NCBI GenBank assembly: GCA_963665235.2 | Contig: CAXXLX010000002.1 | Coordinates: 672,001-736,000, forward strand | Source: Candidatus Poribacteria bacterium | Lineage (GTDB): Bacteria; Poribacteria; WGA-4E; WGA-3G | Length of the DNA: 64,000 nt | Direction of reading: 5' to 3' | In this document: positions 37,478 to 48,800 of the stretch, one piece after another | How the letters are laid out: each line of letters opens with the position of its first letter | Numbering within the stretch: position 1 is the stretch's first letter | The notes under the pieces: generated by a model | What the model saw: the letters and a program-made list of their open reading frames with translations, nothing else | Database searches by the model: none | Told to the model about the DNA's origin: nothing | Program-made: the position numbers and the translations under genes

Positions 37478-40400
37478 CTAACGAAGTGTTTCTTCGAGTT
37501 CAGCAACGCGGTTTTGAAGCGTCTCCAAAAACTGCTGATATCTTTCCGGGTTCGCCGCGATGTCCCCCGGTTCTTGTGAAACCTTGAGCAGCAACGGCTC
37601 CCCGAAAACTATCTGAATCGGATGTTTCTTCGGAAAATTTCTGCCCTTCGGCAGTGCCTGATAGGTACCCTTAATATAGGCCGGTATGACGGGTACCTGC
37701 TGTTCACCGACAAGCAGGCTAAGAATTCCCGGTTTGAAAGGCTGCAAGGTCCCATCAAGTGACCGTGTGCCTTCTGGAAAAACGAGCAATCCGTTGTTTT
37801 GTGCCATCACCTGATTCGCCATCCGCAAATCTTTTAGGAACTGTGCAAAATCACCTTCGCGTTCTATCGGGAGCACATTGAGGCAATTTCGCGCGAACCA
37901 TCCCTGCAACGAATTCGCAAACCAATAATCGCGTGCACCGAGCGTCCACAGTTGGTGTGATTTTTGTCCCAAAGCGGTGATAACTGTCAAGGTATCCAAG
38001 TGGCTAGTGTGATTCGGTGTAATAATATAGGGTTGGTCCTGTGGAATATTTTCTAATCCGAAAAACTGAAACGAGAAGCGGTGCCGGTACATGCTTCGGA
38101 TGCCTGCACGAAATGTCTGGGCATACCAGCTCGGTTTTTCGGGAAGGTTTAAAGGGACAACAGCCGTATCGGTTTCTGACTCGTGCACGCCTGTTTTAAA
38201 ATTTTGGGTCAATTCAACGACATCCCCCACCGTCTGCAAGTTCGCTAGCAGTGCATCAGGAATTGTTTGTCCGAGACGCGATTCTAGGAGCATTAACAGA
38301 TCGAGACGGGTGAGCGAGTCAAGCCCGAGGTCCGTATCTAAACGGTTTTGTCTGTCAATTTGCTGTGCAGGCATGCGTGCTAATCGTGCAAGTGCGGTTA
38401 TAATTTCTTCCGGAAGATTCTCCGCTGCGTCTGAATTGGGAGATGCATTTTCGGTGTCACTCGTGTCGAGGTTTTCCTGGGCAAGCTGTGCTTGTAGCAG
38501 TTCTTTAACCCGGTGCCGGTCGATTTTACCCTCTTCTGTTTTCGGCAACGGGGTGTGCCACAGATGGGATTTATGGAAATGTTGATAACTTGGCAGCTGC
38601 TTTGCACACGTTTGGAGGTGCGTTTGAATTTCTGTTTCAGTCGTTTCATCTTCGGCTGTCGGGACAATCACAGCGTGAATAGCCGTATCAGTGTTATCTT
38701 CGTAAGGAATGCCAACGACACACATATCAGCAATAGCGGGGGTATTCCGATAAAGTGTTTCCAATTCAACAGGGTACACATTTTTACCAGAGGCGGGGAC
38801 AATAATATCCTTACAGTGCCCCGTAATATAGAGATAACCCTCCGCGTCCATATACCCGAGGTCTCCCGTGTAGAGCCATCCATTTTGAACGGCTGCTGCC
38901 GTAGCAGCTGGATTTTGGTAATAGCCTTTCATAGTGCTGGGGCCCTTTGCGATGATTTGGCCGATACCCTCACTATTAGGGTTTTCAATGTGAAGCTCTA
39001 CACCTGCCACTGCTGGGCCGACCGAACCCCGTCTACTTTTTAGGTACGGATTCACACTAAGCACCGGGGCGGTCTCTGTCATGCCGTAGCCTTGGTAGAC
39101 CGTCATGCCGAACTTTTGGAAACCGTCGTAAACAGTATCGGCAAGCGCGGCACCCCCGCTAACAAGCACGCGAATTTGTCCCCCCATGACAGCTTGTGCC
39201 TTTTGCGCTAAGGTATCCCCCGGGGTGTCTTCTCGCATCGCTTGACGTTCAATCGTACTTTGGAGCAGCTGGAAAAGACGCGGGACACCAATAAAGGCAG
39301 TCGTTTTCACCTCACGCATCGTCTTCAACAACGTTGTCGGCCGGAATGCGTTGACATAAGTCGCTGTTGTACCGCTATAAAGTGCCATCAATAAGCTACA
39401 AGAAAAACTCAGCGCGTGATACAACGGCAGCACTGACAGAATCCGCTCCGTATCTTCAGGCGGAAGGGCTTTGGCAACTGCTCGGACGTTAGAGATAAAA
39501 CCGCCATGCGTAAGCATCGCGCCTTTCGCTTCCACAGTGGTCCCCATCGTAAAAATGATAGAAGCCACGGTGTCTGGCGAAACCGTTACATTCGGAAAAT
39601 CGGGTGGAATTTCTTTAGCACCCTCCCCAATCTCACCGAAGGTGTTAATATTTTGCAAGGGCTGTTTTGCCGACTCCAACGTCGTACCCGCCTTTGCTAA
39701 AACGGTTTCAGATGCCAAGATTAATTTCGCTTCCGTAAATTCGGCGATGGCTAAAATTTCAGCGGGTGACGTTTGTGCGTCAAGCGGAACCACAGCAACA
39801 CCGATTTGCACAGCAGCAAGGTAGGCGAGGCACCACTCCGGCTGATTTTCAGAAACCAAAACTGCCCGGTCACCTTCGCGTAAACCGCTTTCCCACAACT
39901 GAAACGCAACTTGACGGGACCGCGTGTAGGTTTCCGAGTATGTATAATGCTCCCATTTTCCATCTTTTACCATCTGAAGGGCTATCTTATCCGGAATACG
40001 TTCCGCCTGTATTTTAATCAGATCAACGATTGTTTTGGGGGAAATCCGGTCAATTGGATTGACAGCCGTTTCAGCAGACTCCTCCGATTCGTCTTGTGAA
40101 CCCGATTTTCCAGATTTTGGAGTCCCCGTGTCTGTTTCGTTTGTCTCCGATGTCGTCGATGTTCTATCCTCAAGTTTAAGCACGTGTCGCTTGATACCGG
40201 GGATGTGAATTTCCTGAAAATACTGTTTCCAGTGAATTTGAGAAACATCAAAATTAAAACGTTGCTGCTCTATAGGTGAGAGTGCTTCATAGAGTGCTTG
40301 CGTTTTTCCGGTTTCGAATTCGAAGCTGGTGCGTGTGTAAGGGGCGTAAATTCTGACATAATGCAGTAATGCCTTGAGACCGTTCTGTTTTAAGATGAGT

Positions 40401-41767
40401 TTACGGCGTTTGCGTTTTGCGGCACGCATCGGGAACCGCGCGAGGCCCTGAATTACGCCATCAAGCATCCGCATCTTGCTCATTAATTTCTTCTCGAACA
40501 GCTCCAGAGTCGGATATTGCCACACAGGGACAGGAATCGGTTGCCCATTTTCCAGAAACGGGTTTTCAACGAAATACTCGTAAGTTGCATCAACGATACC
40601 CCGAAAATAGAGCGGATTCTGTGTACCAGTCGCGACGTGATACACCTCAATACCGCCATGTCTTGCAGTCGCTTCAGCCGCAGCTAACATTGCATTCACT
40701 ACGAAATCTACCGGAATAATGTCCAAAATAATATCCGGGTCAGCAGGAAAATCGGGGATACGGCCCTTCGCGAAACCGACAATAAGCGGTTCCGACATCC
40801 GAAATTTTTCAAGCCAACCGAGAGGCGGTTCCGCAAAACTACTCTCAATAATAGAGGGACGGACTATGGCAGTCGGCAAATCCCCCCGGAGCTCCATAAT
40901 TACCTGTTCCGCAAGGAATTTCATATACGTATAGGTATCATTCCAGCCACGGGCGCGCGCGTTTTTAATGCCCACCTCTACAAGAGTCGTTTCAATCCAT
41001 TCTGCTTTCACCTCCGCTGTAAGCGTTTCAACACTTTTTCGGGAGAGACGTTTATCTGTTTTTCGTCGGTGTTGTGCTGCTTTTTTGAACTGTGCCTGCA
41101 GCGTTGGGGTTTCCGCTTCATCGCGAATAGCTTGACTCAATGCAAGCAGATCTTCAATTTCCTCCGAGAGTGTTAGCGGGATGGGTGTTTCCGTGTTCTC
41201 GTTATGCTGCTGTGCATAAACTTCGTAAGGCGGATGGAGTTCCTCTGGGACCAGGCCCGGATTGTCACCGCAGACATAGGCGGTTGAGACATGTAGGAAC
41301 ACAACGTTAGTACAGCCTTTAGCAAACGTCACGACGTGTTTAGCGGCGAGCGCGTTGCCCTTCAGTGAAGCATCAAACGGCGGGTCGAACTGCACGAGAC
41401 CAGCGATGTTAATGAAAACGTCAACCTCCTTCTGAAGGCGTTGATAGTCCGCATCGCTGAAACCGAGACGTTCATCGGTCAGCTCCCCTTCAACCGCGAT
41501 AATCTTTTCGGTTGCCCATGTCTTAAACTGCTCCCCATGTACCCGATGCAACTCGCCAAAAACAGCCGAAGTTAACAGCTCATTTTCTAAACGTTCTTGA
41601 GCGGTGATAATATTGCCATTTGACTCAGTCCGGCTGCGAATGAGCAGGTAAATTTTTTCAACCTCCGGAAGAGACGTTAAGATTTTGGCAACCATCGGTT
41701 GTCCCAGGAAGGCGGTACCCCCTGTAATCAATAGTACCTTACCACGAAAAAAATCGGTTATTGACAT
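37478..41767 (-). CDS. ElbD-like multifunctional enzyme: fatty acyl reductase, adenylation (acyl-CoA synthetase), ACP and PlsC acyltransferase domains
   Basis: FAR: ITGGTAFLG, HVSTAYV, YTYMK, IVRPSII, DIIPVDFVVN; A: GYGMTET, TGDLG; ACP: LGLDSL; AT: NHTSHLD, FPEGTRS. Confidence 0.88.
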   Translation of the reverse strand: MSITDFFRGKVLLITGGTAFLGQPMVAKILTSLPEVEKIYLLIRSRTESNGNIITAQERLENELLTSAVFGELHRVHGEQFKTWATEKIIAVEGELTDERLGFSDADYQRLQKEVDVFINIAGLVQFDPPFDASLKGNALAAKHVVTFAKGCTNVVFLHVSTAYVCGDNPGLVPEELHPPYEVYAQQHNENTETPIPLTLSEEIEDLLALSQAIRDEAETPTLQAQFKKAAQHRRKTDKRLSRKSVETLTAEVKAEWIETTLVEVGIKNARARGWNDTYTYMKFLAEQVIMELRGDLPTAIVRPSIIESSFAEPPLGWLEKFRMSEPLIVGFAKGRIPDFPADPDIILDIIPVDFVVNAMLAAAEATARHGGIEVYHVATGTQNPLYFRGIVDATYEYFVENPFLENGQPIPVPVWQYPTLELFEKKLMSKMRMLDGVIQGLARFPMRAAKRKRRKLILKQNGLKALLHYVRIYAPYTRTSFEFETGKTQALYEALSPIEQQRFNFDVSQIHWKQYFQEIHIPGIKRHVLKLEDRTSTTSETNETDTGTPKSGKSGSQDESEESAETAVNPIDRISPKTIVDLIKIQAERIPDKIALQMVKDGKWEHYTYSETYTRSRQVAFQLWESGLREGDRAVLVSENQPEWCLAYLAAVQIGVAVVPLDAQTSPAEILAIAEFTEAKLILASETVLAKAGTTLESAKQPLQNINTFGEIGEGAKEIPPDFPNVTVSPDTVASIIFTMGTTVEAKGAMLTHGGFISNVRAVAKALPPEDTERILSVLPLYHALSFSCSLLMALYSGTTATYVNAFRPTTLLKTMREVKTTAFIGVPRLFQLLQSTIERQAMREDTPGDTLAQKAQAVMGGQIRVLVSGGAALADTVYDGFQKFGMTVYQGYGMTETAPVLSVNPYLKSRRGSVGPAVAGVELHIENPNSEGIGQIIAKGPSTMKGYYQNPAATAAAVQNGWLYTGDLGYMDAEGYLYITGHCKDIIVPASGKNVYPVELETLYRNTPAIADMCVVGIPYEDNTDTAIHAVIVPTAEDETTETEIQTHLQTCAKQLPSYQHFHKSHLWHTPLPKTEEGKIDRHRVKELLQAQLAQENLDTSDTENASPNSDAAENLPEEIITALARLARMPAQQIDRQNRLDTDLGLDSLTRLDLLMLLESRLGQTIPDALLANLQTVGDVVELTQNFKTGVHESETDTAVVPLNLPEKPSWYAQTFRAGIRSMYRHRFSFQFFGLENIPQDQPYIITPNHTSHLDTLTVITALGQKSHQLWTLGARDYWFANSLQGWFARNCLNVLPIEREGDFAQFLKDLRMANQVMAQNNGLLVFPEGTRSLDGTLQPFKPGILSLLVGEQQVPVIPAYIKGTYQALPKGRNFPKKHPIQIVFGEPLLLKVSQEPGDIAANPERYQQFLETLQNRVAELEETLR

Positions 41768-42199
41768 AATTTCCTTTTCTGTCTTTCGTATTTTTTGCTA
41801 ATTGTTTCGCGTATAGATTTGAAAAATGTCTCACTTGCTATAGATATACTTTAACATATTTTAGAATAAAAAGTCAAATACATTCCAAGATTAGGGTGTG
41901 TAAAGTTTTTGTACAAAACCGGTGTAAATGTTACACTTTTGACACAAAGTGTAACATTTACTTCTCAGTGCTGCAGTCGCACAAACTCACGCCCCGTCTA
42001 TGTTTAGAAGCATTTTCGACCCGTCTTTTTCACAACACATAAAAAATGAGTTGTGACATTTCGACCGCCGATTTTCGTTTATCAGTTCTGCCTACTTTTC
42101 TTATCGTTCTGCCTCCTACTTTTTGAGACCGTTCCGATTTATCGGATTTCTCGGATTTTAAGCAATAGAAGGTTTGTGATTATGAGCTAGGGTGTTGTG

Positions 42200-42370
42200 T
42201 TTTCTATAAATATACCGCCCGGCTGGGGCTAGCTTGTGTTGTGTTGTTGTGTTTTCTATAAATATACCGCCCCGCTGGGGCTAGCTTGTCTGGCACCCGC
42301 GCTTCTATAAACATACCGCCCCGCTGGGGCTAGCTTGTCTGGCGTTCACATTAAACATGTTGCCCCGATA
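42200..42370 (+). repeat. Three REP-like units TTCTATAAAYATACC-GCCCC-GCT-GGGGC-TAGCTTGT with variable linkers
   Basis: Units near 42202, 42254, 42303, and a partial unit near 42352. Confidence 0.8.
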
Positions 42371-43292
42371 CCCCTAGTCCCGTAGGGACGATATATTTAT
42401 AGAAGCAGATGTTTCGACAACCCCTAGTCCCGTAGGGACGATATATTTATAGAAGCAGATGTTTCGACAACCCCTAGTCCCGTAGGGACGATATATTTAT
42501 AGATAGCACCGATGTCAATTCCGACCAACCCCTAGTGAAACTCAAGTCTTTTCGTACGCCGGGCTTCAGCCGGTTCGCTTTATACAGCGAAGCGGTTTTA
42601 TGTGTGTTGAGATTGTCACAAACGAGTGTAATCTTTTCAGCCTCCGGAAAATGGACATCCACTAGGTCTCGGCAAATGAAGGCAAAGTCAATGCTTGTGC
42701 GTCTGTCGGTTACCTCAACGTGCCGAAATCAAATCATGAACAGATTACTCACACCATTTTTGATAATCATATCGGAGCGGAGCCCCTTCAACCATGGGTA
42801 AAGGGCTTCGGGTTTCTTTGAAGTTTCATCAACACAAACTACCCGATTTTTGGTATCTTGTTTAGACACACCCTAGTCCCGATTAGGGACGAGGTCTAAG
42901 TTCGTTTTTTTTATATTTCCAATAGAAGCGATGTTTCGAAAACCCCTAGTCCCGTAGGGAGGTTTTCGCACAAAGGCTTCGGGTTTTCAAAGCAGTATGT
43001 TTCGACAACCCCTAGATCGGGCACGTAAGGGATCGATGAGATATTGATATAGAAGCCAGATGTTTCGTAACTCAAGCATTATAAACACATTCTTTATCAA
43101 TATACTATCGACACTAGTCCCGTAGGGACGATATATTTATAGAAGCAGATGTTTCGACAACCCCTAGTCCCGTAGGGACGATATATTTATAGAAGCAGAT
43201 GTTTCGACAACCCCTAGTCCCGTAGGGACGATATATTTATAGAAGCAGATGTTTCGACAACCCCTAGTCCCGTAGGGACGATATATTTATAG
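42371..43292 (-). repeat. 50-bp tandem array (GTCCC-TAC-GGGAC hairpin on the minus strand), intact at both ends and scrambled in the middle
   Basis: CCCCTAGTCCCGTAGGGACGATATATTTATAGAAGCAGATGTTTCGACAA at 42371, 42421, 42471 and about 43111, 43161, 43211, 43261. Confidence 0.88.
42535..42860 (-). pseudogene. IS630-family transposase remnant
   Basis: Fragments VCVDETSK, FRHVEVTDRRTSIDFAFICRDLVDVHFPEAEKITLVCDNLNTH, with frameshifts. Confidence 0.75.
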
Positions 43293-43367
43293 AGATTAGT
43301 GAAAACGGACATTTATTTCCAAACTCACGTTTAAGTACAAAAACTTTACACACCCCCAAGATTAGGG

Positions 43368-43621
43368 CAGGGTTATTTAGTTCTCCATATTTTCCTCCGG
43401 TTTTTGAAGACTGCTCTTTCTTTTGTAGGAGCGAGCTGTGCTCGCGATATTAGGGGCGGGCTGCTGGTTTCCCAAATACGGGCACTAATGGGTTTCCTAT
43501 ATTGCGACACACCTCGTTTGTCCGTGTCCATCCGTGATATAACGTGTCGCGTGCAAAGCACGCTCCTACAGAGAAACATATACACATATATAAAGTAAAT
43601 CTGAAAAACTAAATGGCCCTG
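43368..43621. mobile_element. MITE-like element (family D) containing a GTAGGAGCGAGC..GCTCGCGA / CGCTCCTAC REP doublet
   Basis: Imperfect TIRs CAGGGTTATTTAGTT / AACTAAATGGCCCTG; internal part is similar to 59049-59135. Confidence 0.6.
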
Positions 43622-43640
43622 ACAAACCGATCCATTTTCC

Positions 43641-43669
43641 TTGATCTCACAACTTTTTAATGATATACT
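43641..43669 (+). promoter_or_regulatory. Sigma70-type promoter
   Basis: TTGATC-17 nt-TATACT with extended -10 TG. Confidence 0.45.
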
Positions 43670-43753
43670 GAACAGTGGTATCCTCTCTTACTTAGAAAGG
43701 ATAACATTTTTCTATACCGCAACTGTCTGTCCTTAGACAAGGAGAAGTTTTGG

Positions 43754-45214
43754 ATGAATACCAGCTCATTTCCGATTTTCCCGATGTTGCTTATCATTTT
43801 AAGCTTATGCCTATCGTGTGGCTCAAGGGGACATCTACAAGATAGAGGTAACCAGAACAATTCTGTCCAGAATTACACACAACTAGATTTACGTCGGGGA
43901 ATTATAGGCAAAGGTTGGATAAATGACATCCAATATTCACCAGACGGTACTCGACTCGCTGTTGCTGGTTACGCAGGTATTTGGATATATGATACCGGAA
44001 GCTATCGAGAACTCGCCTTGCTAACTAAAAACACTGGGGAGGTTAAAAGCGTTTCCTTCAGTTCAGATGGGCGAACCCTTGCATCTGGAAGCGAAAATGG
44101 CGCGATACAGTTGTGGGATACAGTCACCGGTAAACACCGTAAAACATTTACGCAGCATACCGGAGAGGTAAAAAGTGTCCGCTTCAGCCCAGATGGACGG
44201 ACTCTTGCAAGTACAGGTAGTATAAGAGAAGGACGGTTTGCTGAGGGTAAGTGGGAAAACAAAATCCATCTGTGGGATACAGTCATAGGTGCACGTCTGG
44301 AAACATTCCAGGTGAATGGGGAGTATGTTATCGGGACCACCTTTAGTTCAGACGGGCGGATATTAGTAAGTGCAAGTATTGATGGGATGGTGCGTCTGCG
44401 GAACATAGGTAAAAATCAACGGCGCACTATAGACACTGCCTATATGTCTCGTACCGAGCGTATTATTGCGGTAGACTTCAGTCCGGATGGCCGAATCCTT
44501 GCAAGCGGATATGATAACGGGGCAATCCGATTATCGAATATCGTTACAGGTGAACGCAATCAAATGATCATAGGATATACAGATGCCGTCATGACGCTCC
44601 GTTTCAGTCCGGATGGACAAACCCTCGCAAGCGGATATGATGATGGCGCAATCCGATTATGGAATGTCGTTACAGGTGAACGCTCTCAAATAATCATAGG
44701 ACATACAGAGACCATCACGACACTCTGTTTCAGTCCGGATGGACAAACCCTCGCAAGCGCAAGTAAAGATAACACACTACGGATTTGGAATACTGTTGCA
44801 GGTACGCCGCTCAAAACACTCACAGGGTACACAGGCCGGATATGGAGTGTTTGTTTGAATACAGACGGAAAAATTCTTGCAAGTACGACAAGGAACAGAA
44901 CAATTCATCTATGGGATACTGTTACAGGCATGCATCTCAAAACACTCACCGATTCCAAGAAAGATAGATTTGGCTATTATTATAGCAGCTGCTTCAGTCC
45001 CGATGGGCAGAAACTTGCCAGTGGGAGCTCGGATGGCACAATTCAGGTGTGGGATGTTGCAACTGGTCGACAAATAAGGCTACTCTCTAAAGACAAACAT
45101 GATTTCTACTCGGTTGCATACTCACCGGATGGGCAGCTCCTCGCTAGTGGAAGCAGCGATGGAACAATTTTGATTTGGGATATTATCACCGGTAAGCACA
45201 TAATACCAAATTAA
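43754..45214 (+). CDS. WD40-repeat (lipo)protein
   Basis: About 10 repeats of F/YSPDG..LASGS.DG.I.LWD; lipobox-like CLSC. Confidence 0.92.
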   Translation: MNTSSFPIFPMLLIILSLCLSCGSRGHLQDRGNQNNSVQNYTQLDLRRGIIGKGWINDIQYSPDGTRLAVAGYAGIWIYDTGSYRELALLTKNTGEVKSVSFSSDGRTLASGSENGAIQLWDTVTGKHRKTFTQHTGEVKSVRFSPDGRTLASTGSIREGRFAEGKWENKIHLWDTVIGARLETFQVNGEYVIGTTFSSDGRILVSASIDGMVRLRNIGKNQRRTIDTAYMSRTERIIAVDFSPDGRILASGYDNGAIRLSNIVTGERNQMIIGYTDAVMTLRFSPDGQTLASGYDDGAIRLWNVVTGERSQIIIGHTETITTLCFSPDGQTLASASKDNTLRIWNTVAGTPLKTLTGYTGRIWSVCLNTDGKILASTTRNRTIHLWDTVTGMHLKTLTDSKKDRFGYYYSSCFSPDGQKLASGSSDGTIQVWDVATGRQIRLLSKDKHDFYSVAYSPDGQLLASGSSDGTILIWDIITGKHIIPN

Positions 45215-45301
45215 CACAATTCGTCTCGTTCCACTCTTCCGCTCCAGCGGAGCGAATGAATTTGGTATTAGCTCCATCCGGGCGAAATGTTTCATGCACG
45301 A

Positions 45302-45468
45302 AAACCTCTTCTTTCCGCGTTCTCCGCGTTCTCCGTGCCTTCCGCGATTTGCGGCGTACTCGCCCAAATGCGACGTGCATTCAGACAACACACGCGCGAA
45401 ATCTATCCTTCCCCCCTTCCAATCTTCCATCCTTCCCTCTATCATAGTACAAAAACTTTACACACCCC
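45302..45468 (+). repeat. Right end of a family C MITE with CTTCC-rich subterminal repeats
   Basis: CTTCCATCCTTCCCTCTATCATAGTACAAAAACTTTACACACCC; a homolog lies at about 62870-62976. Confidence 0.7.
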
Positions 45469-45491
45469 AATTGCTACTTTTATTTGCACAT

Positions 45492-45734
45492 AACGTGAGC
45501 TTGATAATAAATGTCCATTTGCACTAACCTCTATAAAGATATCGTCCTTAAAGAGCGGGCTGCTTGCCCGAATACTGGGACTAAGAGACAGTGTGGAAAC
45601 GTCCGCTTCTATAAAGATATCGTCTCTATAGGACTAAGAGGCGGTGCGGTAACCGTTGCTTCATAAACATATCGTCCCTAAAGATCAAGCTGTTTGCCAG
45701 AATACTAGGGGAAAACTTTTTCCAAACTCACGTT
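45492..45734 (+). mobile_element. MITE family B copy carrying three TATAAAGATATCGTC REP-like units
   Basis: AACGTGAGCTTG...CAAACTCACGTT; TGCACAT duplicated at 45485-45491 and 45735-45741. Confidence 0.8.
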
Positions 45735-45836
45735 TGCACATATTTCATTTTTATGGTAAATTACGTGACATATTAAGAGCTTACGGTTTATACTTAAAGT
45801 ATTCCGCGTTTACTTGCAAGGAGGAAAATTTCCAAA

Positions 45837-48800
45837 ATGTTTAGGACAGGCCGAAAAACAGAGCTATTTTCGTTGATGCAATTAGGCAAAGGCTTCCTAT
45901 ACCTTTTACCGATTGTGCTGTTGATGATAACAACACTACAGGTCGCCAATGCCGTTGATAAACTCCAATTCGACAGGGATATTCGTCCCATCTTGTCTGA
46001 TAAATGCTACGCGTGCCACGGGCCGGACCCCGCAACACGACAAGCTAACCTACGACTTGACACCAAGGAGGGGGCATTCTCTGACCCGAGTGGCTACCCC
46101 ATTATTGTCCCCGGCGAGCCGGAGAATAGCGAATTGGTGCGGCGTATAACACACGAGAACCTAGATGAACGCATGCCTCCACAAATCTCCAATCGGCAAC
46201 CCACACAGGAGCAGATTGACACGCTAATCCGATGGGTTGCCGAGGGGGCGGAATGGGAGGAACATTGGGCATATAATTCCCCCAAACGCGCTGAACAACC
46301 CGCAGTTAAAAATGCCGATTGGATTCGTAATCCGATTGATGCGTTTATTCTCGGTCGGTTAGAGGCTGAAGGGCTTGAACCGTCCCCTGCAGCTGATAAG
46401 CGGACCCTCATCCGTCGCCTACACTTCGACCTAACCGGCTTACTACCAACCCCCGGAGAGGTGGAGCAGTTCGTAAGAGATAAGCACCCGGAAGCTTATC
46501 AGACGCTAATCAACCGGCTGCTTTCTGCCCCACAATACGGCGAACGGATGGCAATCTACTGGCTTGATTTAGTGCGGTACGCCGATACAAGCGGCTACCA
46601 TTCGGATGAGAACGTTAACGTTTGGCCCTATCGAGACTACGTGATTAAGGCATTTAATGAAAACATGCCGTTCCACGAATTTACGCTTGAGAATCTCGCC
46701 GGGGACCTGCTGTCAAATGCCACGTCAGCGCAGAAAGTCGCCTCCGGGTACAACAGGTTAAATCAAACAACGGCTGAAGGTGGCGCGCAAGCGAAAGAAT
46801 ACCTGGCAATTTATGCAGCGGACCGAGTACGAACGACTGCCTCTGTCTGGTTAGGCGCGACGCTCGGATGCGCGCAATGCCACGACCATAAATTTGACCC
46901 ATACACCGCAAAAGATTTTTACAGCTTCGCCGCCTTCTTCGCTGATGTTGAGGGCCCCGGTGTCTATCGAGGTGGAAGCAGATGGGAGCCTGTCGTCATG
47001 TTACCCACATCGGAACAACAAGCTGAATTGCAAGAAATTGACGAAGAATTAGTCAGATTGCGGGAAGTCTTTCAACTGCCATCGCCCGGTTTGCAAGCGG
47101 AACAGGCAGCGTGGGAAGCGGAGACGCGCACACTTCTACAATCAACGGAACCCGCCGATTTCGCATGGGTCGACGACGCACAATCTAACGGGGGCAGAAC
47201 GGAAGGCACATGGAAATTTGTCAATAAAAACGAAGCACCCGTTTTCAGCAAAGAACGGTCACGGATACAGACTGCAGCACCGGAACAGCTTGTCCAGCAC
47301 GCCTTCCGGGGCGCGAATAGAAAAGTCACACTTGCTGAAGGCGATAAGCTCTTCGCTTACGTCTGGCTAGACCCCGAAACACCTCCTAAAACTATCATGC
47401 TACAGTGGAATGACGGGTCTTGGGACCACCGCGCGTTCTGGGGTGAAGACAAAATTACCTACGGTGATATAGGAGCTGACACCCCCGCCCACAAACCGAT
47501 GGGTGTTCTGCCCAACCTTGGCGAATGGATACGGCTTGAAGTTGACCCCGCAGTGGTCGGCTTGAAAGCGGGAAGTGTTCTCAACGGGATGGCATTCACA
47601 CAGTTCGGCGGGAAAGCCTATTGGGATGTCGCAGGTGTCGCAACCACCATAGGTGTAGTGACAAGAAATAGTCACGACGGGGCAGTCATTAACGCAATTC
47701 AGGTCGACCCCTTCGTCCGAACGACAAACCAACGGAAACGAATCGAAGACTACTATCGACGCATCGCGCCCGCACTTGACGGTATCCGAAATCAGATGGC
47801 AGCCCTGGAGAAACGGAAGACTGACATCAGAGGACAAAGCGCGTACTCTCTAACAACCGTTTCCGGTCAACCTCGGACAACCCGTATCCTGCCGAGAGGC
47901 AACTGGCTGGACGATTCAGGCGAAATCGTTGAACCGATGATACCCGAATTCATGGGTGACCTCGGTATCAAAAACCGCCGCCCAACCCGACTTGACCTCG
48001 CAAAATGGGTAGTTTCACGGAATAATCCACTAACCGCACGCACGTTTGTCAACCGACTCTGGGCACTTTTCTTCGGAACAGGCATCTCCCGCGTCCTTGA
48101 CGACCTCGGCGCACAAGGTGAACCCCCAGTGCATTCCGAACTTCTCGATTGGCTGGCTGTGGAGTTTATGGAAAGTGACTGGAACGTCAAACACATTGTC
48201 AAACTCATCGTCACTTCAAACGCCTATCGACAGGCATCCGTGCCGAACGATGTCCTGCATGAAAAAGACCCATACAACCGCCTCGTTGCACGGCAGTCGC
48301 GGTGGCGACTCGATGCAGAAATTGTACGCGACAATGCCCTCCTACTGAGTGGACTTCTCGTTTCCAAAATAGGCGGACCAAGTGTTAGACCCTATCAACC
48401 GAGCGGCTACTATTCAAACCTGAACTTTCCCAAACGCAGATATGTCCATGACACGGGGGCAGATCAATACCGCCGAGGGCTTTATACCCACTGGCAGCGG
48501 ACATTCTTGCACCCAAGCATGATGGCTTTTGACGCACCGAGCCGACAGGAATGCACAGCGGAAAGATCAGCTTCTAATACACCGATGCAAGCACTGACCC
48601 TGCTCAATGATCCGACCTATGTTGAAACAGCTCGAGTCTTTGCTGCGCGAATTTTCAAAGAGGGAGGGAAAACCCCCACGGACCGTATCCAGTGGGCTTT
48701 CCATCGCGCCCTGTCACGGCTACCACAACCCAATGAGTTAGAGATTATGACACGGTTATACGAAAAACATAAAACCGAATACACCGGTAATGTAGATGCG

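Larger units (their letters stand above)
41894..43355. mobile_element. 1.46-kb non-autonomous composite element (family C) with 21-bp TIRs and a 9-bp TSD
   Basis: GGGTGTGTAAAGTTTTTGTAC at 41894 and its reverse complement ending at 43355; CCAAGATTA at 41885-41893 and 43356-43364; termini and TSD length resemble IS256-type elements (inference). Confidence 0.85.

Noticed and set aside
42200-43292. CRISPR or guide-RNA array interpretation
   Set aside because: Linkers are identical or low-complexity, the array lies within a TIR/TSD-bounded element, and no effector gene is adjacent
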